Shown here in pieces: positions 1 through 7,347 of a stretch of 45,408 bases of DNA. The DNA is from Candidatus Pacearchaeota archaeon (GTDB taxonomy: Archaea > Nanobdellota > Nanobdellia > Pacearchaeales > GW2011-AR1), in the NCBI GenBank assembly GCA_023137045.1, contig JAGLQB010000002.1:1-45408 (forward strand). The letters are read 5' to 3'. The notes under the pieces were generated by a model. The model worked only from the letters and a program-made list of their open reading frames with translations, was not told the DNA's origin and did not search any database. Within the stretch, counting starts at the first letter, position 1, and each line of letters starts with the position of its first letter. The position numbers and the translations under genes were made by a program.

Positions 1-27
1 CCCGTTTGACCACTCCGGCACTTCCGC
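1..27 (-). tRNA. 5' fragment of a tRNA gene running off the window edge (Leu-like)
   Basis: The reverse complement of 1-27 is GCGGAAGTGCCGGAGTGGTCAAACGGG. This is identical to the first 27 nt of the complete type-II tRNA at 7237-7320. The rest of the gene lies outside the window, so the anticodon is unknown. Confidence 0.6.
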
Positions 28-72
28 ATCTGTATTTGGAGGTGATGGACGAACCAAAGGATATTGGAGACA

Positions 73-86
73 TCCGGCACTTCCTC
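73..86 (-). repeat. 14-nt near-copy (13/14) of the tRNA 5' end, 59 nt upstream of the real 5' end
   Basis: The minus strand reads AT-GAGGAAGTGCCGGA at 88-73 and AT-GCGGAAGTGCCGGA at 29-14. A TATA-like box (TTTTTATATA, minus strand, about 109-118) sits about 27 nt upstream of the copy, not of the tRNA itself. Confidence 0.6.
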
Positions 87-126
87 ATAAAAATATGACT
101 AATTTTGTATATAAAAAACTTTAGAA

Positions 127-855
127 TTATTTTATTTTAACAATTTTCTTTGAAAGAAGAGATAAATCTTTTTTCAAAACATTAATAGATTTGATTAAAA
201 TTTCTTTGACATCTAACTGCCCAAATGATTCAAGGGTAATTGCCAATTCTTTTGAAGGAGTAAGAGTTATTGAATCTTTTTGTTTTTTTTGGCATAAATC
301 TGTGCAAGCCTCGCACATATCACACTTGTAATCGTTTTCTGCAATTATTTTCCCATTGCTTGATTTTAGAATTCCTTGAGGACAAATATTAACAACTTCT
401 GGAGGACAATCTTTGTCTATTTTTATGTCTACAAGATTTCTGTAAAACATTAATCCAGGAGAAAATTTTGAATGAGTGCTTCCCTGCCCAAATTTAACTA
501 TTGCAACAATCTCTAATTCTTGACCTTTTTTTAGTGATGTTATAGGAATCTCTCCATAAACAGGCTCCAACTTTCCAACAAATTCTTTGGAATAGACCAT
601 TCCTTCTTTTTTAGCACTTAATTTAAGTTTAACTTCTGAATTTTCTTTTATTGATTTATCTGTTTTTAATGGAATCAATCCTATTCTGTGAGCAACAGTT
701 TCGTCGTATAATGGAGAATCATTTTTTGAAATTTCAACTTCATCTATAGCAAGTACTGGAATCTGGTAAAGATATCTTCTTATAGCATTTGCTAAACTTT
801 CTTCTATTTCTGCTGAAAATGTTATTTGGTTATTCTTTTCTTGAATTATTTTCAT
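127..855 (-). CDS. rpoD: DNA-directed RNA polymerase subunit D (Rpo3)
   Basis: 242 aa. It has the archaeal RpoD/Rpb3 layout, with an internal Cys-rich ferredoxin-like insert (CPPEVVNICPQG...CDMCEACTDLC). It lies directly downstream of uS13-uS4-uS11, as in archaeal operons. Confidence 0.9.
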   Translation of the reverse strand: MKIIQEKNNQITFSAEIEESLANAIRRYLYQIPVLAIDEVEISKNDSPLYDETVAHRIGLIPLKTDKSIKENSEVKLKLSAKKEGMVYSKEFVGKLEPVYGEIPITSLKKGQELEIVAIVKFGQGSTHSKFSPGLMFYRNLVDIKIDKDCPPEVVNICPQGILKSSNGKIIAENDYKCDMCEACTDLCQKKQKDSITLTPSKELAITLESFGQLDVKEILIKSINVLKKDLSLLSKKIVKIK

Positions 856-894
856 TTTATTATATCTTAAATTGTTATAAAAGCATATTTAAAG

Positions 895-1338
895 TTATGG
901 TCTTCTTCCTCTTCTTCCGCCTTTTTTCTTTGGCCCACCACGAGGAATTCTTGTCACATCCAAAATATTTAATATCTTAAATCCAGATCTTGAAAGACTT
1001 TTTATTATGGCATGAACTCCTGGACCAGGTGCAGGGTTTCCAGTTTTTGCTCTCACTCGAACATACAATGATTTAACCCCTAAATCTTTGACATTTTCAG
1101 CGATTCTTTTCGCGATAAACATGGCAATTGTGGGGTTCGCTTTAAGTCGCCCATGTTTTGTGACCATGCCTCCAGTAACTTTGGAGATTGTTTTTCCTGA
1201 CATGTCTGTAACATGAACAATTGTGTTATTGAATGAAGTATAAATATTAACAATAGCTTCCACTTCTTTCTTTTTGTTAATGTCTGCTTTTTGAGTTTTT
1301 ATTTCTTTTTCTTGTGTTGGTTTTTCTGTGTCTATCAT
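895..1338 (-). CDS. rps11: 30S ribosomal protein uS11
   Basis: The C-terminal core GRLKANPTIAMFIAKRIAENVKDLG...VRAKTGNPAPGPGVHAIIKSLSRSGF is typical uS11. There is a K/E-rich N-terminal extension. Confidence 0.92.
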   Translation of the reverse strand: MIDTEKPTQEKEIKTQKADINKKKEVEAIVNIYTSFNNTIVHVTDMSGKTISKVTGGMVTKHGRLKANPTIAMFIAKRIAENVKDLGVKSLYVRVRAKTGNPAPGPGVHAIIKSLSRSGFKILNILDVTRIPRGGPKKKGGRRGRRP

Positions 1339-1904
1339 TTTTCTTTAACCACCTCTTCTACATCTTCTTCAGTTTTTTTATCTTGTTCAACTTTTTCCAT
1401 TTTTTCTTCCTCTGGGACTTCTTTGGTTACTTCTTCTGTTTTCTTATTTGCTTTTGCAACTTTTGTTTTTAATGAAATTTTATTTTCTAATTCTACTGGA
1501 ACAATATATGATGGACTATTAACAATATCATTTCCCACCAAAACTTTTTTGTGCGTGATTAATTGCCTAGCACTTTTAGAAGTTGTAGCAAGTTTCTTAT
1601 TTAAGAGAATTGTTTGGAGCCTTCTTTTGAGATAATCTTCTTTGTCCAAAGATAAAATGTCTGCAATTGAATTAACTTGCAAACCAATCTTTTTAAGCCG
1701 ATTAAATAATGCTTGTTGTTCTTCAGGACTGGCAGAAATTAACTTTTTTGCCTTTTCTCGTATAGAACTAATTTTAGCTTCTGCCATCCAAATTTCTTTC
1801 TTGTTCTTTAAACCAAATACCTTTTTTATTTTAGCTTCTTCATCAATCCTTGCTTTATCAAAAGGTCTCTTTGGTCTTGAGTATGTTTTATGTTTTCGTT
1901 TCAT
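1335..1904 (-). CDS. rps4: 30S ribosomal protein uS4
   Basis: N-terminus KTYSRPKRPFDKARIDEE and an S4 RNA-binding domain (RQLITHKKVLVGNDIVNSPSYIV). It carries a K/E-rich C-terminal tail of about 45 aa and has a 4-nt overlap with uS11. Confidence 0.92.
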   Translation of the reverse strand: MKRKHKTYSRPKRPFDKARIDEEAKIKKVFGLKNKKEIWMAEAKISSIREKAKKLISASPEEQQALFNRLKKIGLQVNSIADILSLDKEDYLKRRLQTILLNKKLATTSKSARQLITHKKVLVGNDIVNSPSYIVPVELENKISLKTKVAKANKKTEEVTKEVPEEEKMEKVEQDKKTEEDVEEVVKEK

Positions 1905-1936
1905 TTGATTTATGTGTATAAGATTTTAGTTTTATC

Positions 1937-2407
1937 TTATTTTTTATTTTTCTTTTTAATTCCTGCTCCTTTACGTTTATTTTTTCTGAAATTACTTCTT
2001 GTCCTTTGTCCTCTTGAAGGAAGGCCTGCCATATGTCTGAATCCTCTGTAACTTTTAATTTTTTTAAGTCTTTTTACATCAAATTCTGTTTGTAATTCCA
2101 AATCACTACCCACTAAATGTTTATTTTCACCAGTTTCAAAATCTTTTCTTCTGTTTAAAATATATTCCGGAACTTTTGGATTTTTTATGAATTCAGAGAT
2201 TTTTTTAATTTCTTCATCTGTAAGAGACCCTATTTTTTTATTCTTATCAATGTTTAATGTTTTGCATACAGCATTAGACAATGTCCAAGAAACTCCTTTT
2301 ATTTTTGTTAATCCTGGATAAATTTTCATACCACCTTCTATATCTCTTGATAAGATTCTAACCATTCGTTCACTTGCTTGTTCAGATACTTGTGTTTTAT
2401 TTTCCAT
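1937..2407 (-). CDS. rps13: 30S ribosomal protein uS13
   Basis: MVRILSRDIEG...YRGFRHMAGLPSRGQRTRSN matches the uS13 signature. It is the first gene of the S13-S4-S11-RpoD block. Confidence 0.92.
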   Translation of the reverse strand: MENKTQVSEQASERMVRILSRDIEGGMKIYPGLTKIKGVSWTLSNAVCKTLNIDKNKKIGSLTDEEIKKISEFIKNPKVPEYILNRRKDFETGENKHLVGSDLELQTEFDVKRLKKIKSYRGFRHMAGLPSRGQRTRSNFRKNKRKGAGIKKKNKK

Positions 2408-2408
2408 T

Positions 2409-2954
2409 TTAATTTACAAATAAATTATGCCTTTCAAAAATAGTTAATTCTTTGAATATTCGTTTTTCAATTGCTTTTTCTGGGTCTGGTAAATTTGGAA
2501 TTCTTTCTTTCATATCTTCAAAAGACTCAAATTCTTGTTCTTTTCTTTGTTTTATAATTTCCCACATATGTTTTTTCCCAAATCCCGGCAATAATTCTAT
2601 TTGATGAATTCTTTTATTTATTGCATCTGCTTTATTAAAAAAGTTTACAAATCGTTCTCCTTTTTCTTTAACTGTTTTCTTTATAAATTCTTGCAACTGG
2701 TCTTTGGCAGATTCTGTTAATTTTTCTCTGTGAAGTCTCCCAAGAATATAATATATTTTATCTCGTTTTCCTTCTCCAATGTAAACTTCCTCTCCAATAT
2801 CTAATGTTATTCCTCTTCTAGGAACAACTTCTAACAGAACTAAATTTGTTTTACCAATAGCTTGAGCTATGGGCATCATTTTCATTTCCAAAGGATATCC
2901 GTTTGGTAAATATTCTAAGATTATTGCTTGTTCTTCTTTTTCCATTTTGTTCAT
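2409..2954 (-). CDS. DUF655/COG1491-type nucleic-acid-binding protein (HhH)
   Basis: 181 aa. The N-terminus EEQAIILEYLPNGYP and the position after L21e-RpoF match the conserved archaeal L21e-RpoF-DUF655 cluster. Confidence 0.65.
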   Translation of the reverse strand: MNKMEKEEQAIILEYLPNGYPLEMKMMPIAQAIGKTNLVLLEVVPRRGITLDIGEEVYIGEGKRDKIYYILGRLHREKLTESAKDQLQEFIKKTVKEKGERFVNFFNKADAINKRIHQIELLPGFGKKHMWEIIKQRKEQEFESFEDMKERIPNLPDPEKAIEKRIFKELTIFERHNLFVN

Positions 2955-3265
2955 TAAATTTTAATTTTCTCAAGTATTTGTTTTGTTTCATCTTCATTTA
3001 AACTAACATCTGTAAAAATTTTGTTTAAATCTTCTGCATTCTCTGGCATTAAATCAATTATTTTGGATATATGCTGAGGTCCCACCTTCATGAGTTCTAA
3101 ATCTTCAATATTCTTTCTTATCTCTTTGGCTTTTTTTGGAGTAATTTTTACTAATTTTTTAATAAACCCCATCATTTCTAATTCTTCATTTTGAGTATTT
3201 TTCATATACTCCATTGCTTCAACCATGCTCAAAGATTTATTATTCTTTATCATCGTATTTTTCAA
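2954..3265 (-). CDS. rpoF: DNA-directed RNA polymerase subunit F (Rpo4/Rpb4-like)
   Basis: About 100 aa acidic helical protein (…ISKIIDLMPENAEDLNKIF…) between L21e and DUF655. The true start may be an internal Met (3253 or 3226), which would remove the 26-nt overlap with L21e. Confidence 0.7.
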   Translation of the reverse strand: MKNTMIKNNKSLSMVEAMEYMKNTQNEELEMMGFIKKLVKITPKKAKEIRKNIEDLELMKVGPQHISKIIDLMPENAEDLNKIFTDVSLNEDETKQILEKIKI

Positions 3266-3518
3266 TTTGTTTTATTTTTTTTAAATGTATTGGCTCAATT
3301 AAAAATGTCTTTTCTTTAGCCAAATCCTTGATTTTGACAACATATACTTTTCCTTTCTTACCTTCAACTAATCCTGTTCTTCCTTGAAGTCTTTCTGGAA
3401 AACTTGATTTAATAGATGGTTCTCTTACAACAGCCACAAAATCTCCTTTTTCTAATTTTTGAAAGTACTTACTAAGTTGCAATTTTCCCCTTGTTCTGAT
3501 TTTTTTTCTTTTACTCAT
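3240..3518 (-). CDS. rpl21e: 50S ribosomal protein eL21
   Basis: MSKRKKIRTRGKLQLSKYFQKLEKGDFVAVV...RLQGRTGLVEGKKGKVYVVKI is a typical L21e SH3-like fold sequence. Confidence 0.88.
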   Translation of the reverse strand: MSKRKKIRTRGKLQLSKYFQKLEKGDFVAVVREPSIKSSFPERLQGRTGLVEGKKGKVYVVKIKDLAKEKTFLIEPIHLKKIKQIEKYDDKE

Positions 3519-3554
3519 AATTTATCATGAAATATTTTATTTAAAAATCTATCT

Positions 3555-4766
3555 TTATTCATATCTTAAAGCATCAGCTGGTTTGAGCTTTGCGGCTTGC
3601 ATTGCAGGAAAAATTCCAGATAGAGTTCCTATTAAAAAAGAAAATAACAAAGCCCCAATAATCAGATACCAAGGAAATACTGCCTGAAGCAGATTTGTAC
3701 CAAGACTGATACTTGCAATATATTCTGCACCTTCTCCTAATCCAATCCCAATTCCAATCCCAATTCCCCCTCCAACTAATCCTAAAAGTCCAGATTCAAA
3801 AAGAAAGATAAGCAAAATGTCCGAATTTTTTGCACCAATTGCTTTCATTGTTCCAATTTCTTTTGTTCTTTCTAAAACAGAAGTATACATGGTATTCATT
3901 ATTCCAATTCCTCCAACTAACAAGGAAATCCCTGCAATTCCCACCAGCACTGCCTGAACAATCCCAAATATATTTGAGAAACTTTCTAAAAGTTGTTCAG
4001 AAGTTTGCACACTAAAAGTTTCTTGTTCTTCTTTTTCTCCTCGGGATTTTCTTAGTTTTCTTTCAATTGTTTCAGCAACATCAATCGGATTAAAACCCGA
4101 AGAAGCTTTCGCAATAATTTGGCTTTCTTCATCTTCAATCTCTAAAATTTCTTTTAAAACATCTTTAGAAACATATAATAAATTGTCATCGATAGGGTTA
4201 CCTATTTTACTCATAACTCCTACAACTTTAAAATCATAACCTTCAATTTCAATAGTGTTTCCCACTCCCAATGATTTATCCCAAGTATCTTTGTAGACAT
4301 GATTATACCCCACAACAACTTTGAATTTATCTCCTTTTTCTAATTTCCTTCCGTCAATAATTGTTAACCCACCCATTTCTGCCATAAGTTCAAAATCTTC
4401 GGAATTTATGCCCGCAGCATAATTTATTACTGATTCTCCTTTGTATTTTGCTTGTCCTTGTTTGGTTAAATATCCAAAAGCATATTCAACACCCCTCACA
4501 TTTTCAATTACCTTTAAGTCTTTGCTCGTTAAAATTAGCGAATCACTTGAAGCAGTTCCAGGAGGGCCCATCCCTTTAGGCATAATTATTATCTTATCAC
4601 TTCCCAACTGCTCAAATTGTTCTTCAATTGCACTTTGTAGTCCTTGCCCCAGGGAAATTAATGCAACAACAGCAGCAATACCAATAAAAATCCCAATCAT
4701 AGTTAACCAAGAACGAAGCTTTCTCCGTTTAAGATTGTTAAATGCCAAAAAGAAATAATCTTTCAT
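3555..4766 (-). CDS. ABC transporter permease, MacB/FtsX family
   Basis: 403 aa. It has an N-terminal TM segment, a periplasmic-type MacB_PCD region and a C-terminal FtsX domain (ERTKEIGTMKAIGAKNSDILLIFLFESGLLGLVGG). Confidence 0.85.
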   Translation of the reverse strand: MKDYFFLAFNNLKRRKLRSWLTMIGIFIGIAAVVALISLGQGLQSAIEEQFEQLGSDKIIIMPKGMGPPGTASSDSLILTSKDLKVIENVRGVEYAFGYLTKQGQAKYKGESVINYAAGINSEDFELMAEMGGLTIIDGRKLEKGDKFKVVVGYNHVYKDTWDKSLGVGNTIEIEGYDFKVVGVMSKIGNPIDDNLLYVSKDVLKEILEIEDEESQIIAKASSGFNPIDVAETIERKLRKSRGEKEEQETFSVQTSEQLLESFSNIFGIVQAVLVGIAGISLLVGGIGIMNTMYTSVLERTKEIGTMKAIGAKNSDILLIFLFESGLLGLVGGGIGIGIGIGLGEGAEYIASISLGTNLLQAVFPWYLIIGALLFSFLIGTLSGIFPAMQAAKLKPADALRYE

Positions 4767-4823
4767 TTAAATTTAATCCTAATTATAATCTGAATGAGTG
4801 AAAATCTTTGATTTGATTTCATT

Positions 4824-5714
4824 TTAATTTCTATTAACTTTTAATTTTTTCTTTTTCCTAATCCGATAGAATATACAGCCTAAAACTAAAATCCCTATTA
4901 CAATATAAATAGTATAATTTGGTTTTTTAATCAATCCCAAATCTTGCGCTTCTTTTAGCGAATATGTTCTTAAGATTAAATTTTTACTTTCTATAAATTC
5001 TTTATTTGTTGCATCCTTAAATTTTAAAATAACTGGCAAAATTATTGTTCCAGAAGCATCATCTTCTAAATATACTTGATATTCAATACTATCAAAATCA
5101 TCACTATTTATGTCTCCAATATACTGCTCTTTTTCTGAAAGGAATTTAATGCCTTTCGCATTAATAGGAGTCAAATAAACAAATTTAACATCTGACAAAC
5201 CAGAATTGATTATCTTAATTGAAAAACTATTTTCTTCGCCAAGAATTAAAACAGAAGATTCGTCTGATGAAATTTTAAGTTCTGGTTGAGAATTGACTAT
5301 GATACTTATTAATTCCTCTTTTGTTGAAGGCATTAAAGTAGAATTTTCATCTTCATATTCATAATCTATGTTTACACGAATTTTATAAATTCCCGTAGAT
5401 GTTTCAGGTAGGGTAATTAATTTAAATTTAAATGTTTCCTCCTCCCTGTCATTAAGTTCTTCAATAAATTTCTCTGAGCTTGACTGGTAAGGTGCGAAAG
5501 GAGCAGATTCTGAGCCAAGTTCTAATTTAACATGTAAGTTCTTAACATCATAATCAAATATATTTTCAATTTCAATAGAAATTTCAACGATTTGGCCTGG
5601 AGCCACTTCTTCTGGAGAACTTGAAACATCCACAATTAAAACAGCTGAGATTAAATTTAATGTAATTACAAATAGTAAAATTCCTAAAATTGTTGCAATC
5701 ATACTTTTCTTCAT
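4824..5714 (-). CDS. COG1361/CARDB-like surface protein with signal peptide and C-terminal TM anchor
   Basis: N-terminal hydrophobic signal, two beta-rich repeat domains (PGQIVEISIEIEN...; SFSIKIINSGLSDVK...) and a C-terminal TM segment followed by a basic tail. It has an ATGA overlap with the upstream ABC ATPase. Confidence 0.65.
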   Translation of the reverse strand: MKKSMIATILGILLFVITLNLISAVLIVDVSSSPEEVAPGQIVEISIEIENIFDYDVKNLHVKLELGSESAPFAPYQSSSEKFIEELNDREEETFKFKLITLPETSTGIYKIRVNIDYEYEDENSTLMPSTKEELISIIVNSQPELKISSDESSVLILGEENSFSIKIINSGLSDVKFVYLTPINAKGIKFLSEKEQYIGDINSDDFDSIEYQVYLEDDASGTIILPVILKFKDATNKEFIESKNLILRTYSLKEAQDLGLIKKPNYTIYIVIGILVLGCIFYRIRKKKKLKVNRN

Positions 5715-6400
5715 TTTCTTCTCCTAACTTGTTCTATTTTTCCATCCTTTATTTTTAAAACTTTCTGAGCATGATTTAAAAGATTGGTATCATGAGTAAC
5801 CAAAATTATTGTTGTACCTCTCTTGTTTAATTCCTTAAATAGTTTCATAATTTCTGCTCCTGTTTTTGTGTCTAAATTTCCTGTGGGTTCATCAGCAAGA
5901 ATTACTTCTGGATTATTTGATAATGCTCGTCCAATAGCAACTCTTTGTCTTTCTCCTCCAGAAAGTTCATTTGGAAGATGGTTTCTTCGGTGACTTAATT
6001 TGACATTTTCTAAAATTTCTTCAGCTCTTTTTATTCTTTCATTTTTATCAACACCTTGAAAAATCATTGGTAATGCAATATTTTCTAATGCAGTTAATGT
6101 CGGAATTAGATTAAATGTTTGGAAAACAAAACCTATCTTTTTACCCCTAATTTGGGCTAATTCAGATTCTTCTAAATGTTCAATATTCTGTCCATCTAAA
6201 AAAATATTCCCTTTTGTCGCCAAATCCAAGGCTCCAATCATATTCATCACAGTAGATTTGCCAGAACCACTAGGTCCGATAATTACTATAAAGTCTCCTT
6301 TTTTTATTTCTAGATTAATCCCCTTAACAGCTTGAACTGTTGAATCTCCCATTTCATAATTTTTATGCACATTATCAAGTTTGATTATTGTTTGTTTCAT
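5711..6400 (-). CDS. ABC transporter ATP-binding protein (MacB/LolD-type)
   Basis: Walker [10 protein letters not shown], signature [15 protein letters not shown], and Walker [12 protein letters not shown]. Confidence 0.92.
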   Translation of the reverse strand: MKQTIIKLDNVHKNYEMGDSTVQAVKGINLEIKKGDFIVIIGPSGSGKSTVMNMIGALDLATKGNIFLDGQNIEHLEESELAQIRGKKIGFVFQTFNLIPTLTALENIALPMIFQGVDKNERIKRAEEILENVKLSHRRNHLPNELSGGERQRVAIGRALSNNPEVILADEPTGNLDTKTGAEIMKLFKELNKRGTTIILVTHDTNLLNHAQKVLKIKDGKIEQVRRRK

Positions 6401-6557
6401 TTAAATTTAATCTTTGTTTAATTTAGATGAATGAAAATTTTATGTTTACTTTCATTGCTTTTCCCAGAATTAGACTCTAGGTGTCATCACCTGATATTTC
6501 CACAAATTTTTTCTATTTAAAGTTAAGTGTAGTAAGTTTTAAAAAGTAAAATAAGGA

Positions 6558-6764
6558 ATGAATATTATGATAATTCCAGTTAGATGTTTTTCATGTGGAA
6601 AACCAATCGGCCATTTATGGGAAAATTTCAAAAAACGAGTATCAGAAGGAGAAAACCCTAAAAAGCTTTTGGACGAGCTTGGCTTAGAAAGATACTGTTG
6701 CAGGTCTGTATTTTTAGGACAAACAGATTTAATAGAACTGATTGGAAAGTTTAAAAAAAGTTAA
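6558..6764 (+). CDS. rpoN: DNA-directed RNA polymerase subunit N (Rpo10)
   Basis: MIIPVRCFSCGKPIGHLWE...LGLERYCCR is the canonical RpoN zinc motif. The probable true start is the internal ATG at 6567. Confidence 0.9.
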   Translation: MNIMIIPVRCFSCGKPIGHLWENFKKRVSEGENPKKLLDELGLERYCCRSVFLGQTDLIELIGKFKKS

Positions 6765-6766
6765 TT

Positions 6767-7024
6767 TTATTCTAATTTCCATCTACTAACATGCCCACAA
6801 TTTTCGCAAGTTATCACTCTTTTTTTATTTCGAATCCGAATCTTAGGATTTTTATAAGGCGTTAAACATTTTTGGCAAAATTTTTTCCTTAACTTTTTAA
6901 GAGGAATACTTTTTTTCATAGCAAGTTTTTTTATTTTTTTAACTTCTCTAGGATTTTTATTTTTTGCATGAGAAAAGAATTCTTGAATTTGTGTTTTTGC
7001 CTCGGTTTTTGAAATTTTATTCAT
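6767..7024 (-). CDS. rnp4: RNase P protein component 4 (Rpr2/Rpp21)
   Basis: 85 aa starting from the internal Met of the 184-aa track ORF. It has a basic helical N-terminus and a zinc ribbon, CQKC...17 aa...CENCGHVSRW. The upstream part of the track ORF overlaps the 5S rRNA and tRNA-Leu and is not coding. Confidence 0.75.
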   Translation of the reverse strand: MNKISKTEAKTQIQEFFSHAKNKNPREVKKIKKLAMKKSIPLKKLRKKFCQKCLTPYKNPKIRIRNKKRVITCENCGHVSRWKLE

Positions 7025-7060
7025 AGAACAAACAAGAATTAATACTATAAAAAGAATATG

Positions 7061-7174
7061 AAAGACAGCTTGAAGGTTTGGCATCTTGTCGGACACTACT
7101 ACCATCAACATAGGAAGCTTAACTTCTGTGTTCGGAAAGGGAACAGGTGTTTCCAACCTACTATGGCCGTCTTC
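7061..7174 (-). rRNA. rrf: 5S rRNA (orphan, not linked to 16S/23S)
   Basis: The minus strand reads AAGACGGCCATAGTAGGTTGGAAACACCTGTTCCCTTTCCGAACACAGAAGTTAAGCTTCC...GCTGTCTT. It contains the universal GGCCATAG and CCGAACACAGAAGTTAAGC motifs. The 5' AAGACGGC pairs with the 3' GCTGTCTT to form helix I. The ends are accurate to about +/-4 nt. Confidence 0.85.
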
Positions 7175-7236
7175 AATTTTGGAGAATACTTTAAGTTTAT
7201 AAAACTTTTTATAATCAAAAATTAACATTATTTGAT
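7175..7236. promoter_or_regulatory. Compact divergent promoter region for 5S rRNA (-) and tRNA-Leu (+)
   Basis: 62-bp spacer AAGTTTATAAAACTTTTTATAATC. Two back-to-back TATA-like boxes each sit about 25-30 nt from the respective mature RNA 5' end. Confidence 0.45.
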
Positions 7237-7320
7237 GCGGAAGTGCCGGAGTGGTCAAACGGGCTGGATTAAGGCTCCAGTGGCTTAGTGCCTGCGAGGG
7301 TTCGAATCCTTTCTTCCGCA
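7237..7320 (+). tRNA. tRNA-Leu (type II, long variable arm), anticodon read as AAG
   Basis: Acceptor GCGGAAG/CTTCCGC with A73 discriminator; D arm CCG..CGG; anticodon stem CTGGA/TCCAG with loop TTAAGGC; 15-nt variable arm TGGCTTAGTGCCTGC; T arm GAGGG-TTCGAAT-CCTTT. Confidence 0.85.
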
Positions 7321-7347
7321 TTTATAATATTGAACGAAGTGACCCAC

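Noticed and set aside
1291-1908. Plus-strand ORFs 1291-1635 and 1642-1908 antisense to uS4. The same applies to shadow ORFs at 789-980, 3830-4015, 4441-4758, 8975-9265, 9369-9566, 9812-10312, 10513-10710, 10999-11271, 13668-14053, 15353-15535, 16281-16717, 17227-17460, 18643-18825, 21441-21827, 22452-22634, 22749-23093, 23962-24378, 24676-25059, 26534-26773, 27896-28108, 31628-31825, 32850-33107, 33940-34122, 37933-38800, 39424-40326, 41976-42284, 42623-42808 and 43129-43476.
   Set aside because: All lie fully inside, and antisense or out of frame to, ORFs with clear family signatures. Their translations are low-complexity (F/L/S/I/K-rich), as expected from AT-rich shadow frames.
3739-3768. 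Hexanucleotide-like DNA repeat (CCAATC/CCAATT units) that might be a slippage tract
   Set aside because: It lies in-frame inside the FtsX permease and encodes the glycine-zipper GIGIGIGIGLG of a TM helix. There is no sign of frame disruption.
6767-7321. 184-aa track ORF covering Rpr2, the 5S rRNA and tRNA-Leu
   Set aside because: Only the last 85 codons (from the ATG at 7024) look like a protein (Rpr2 zinc ribbon). The upstream 99 codons run antisense through a tRNA and sense through the 5S rRNA sequence, so the long ORF is an artefact of an open frame.
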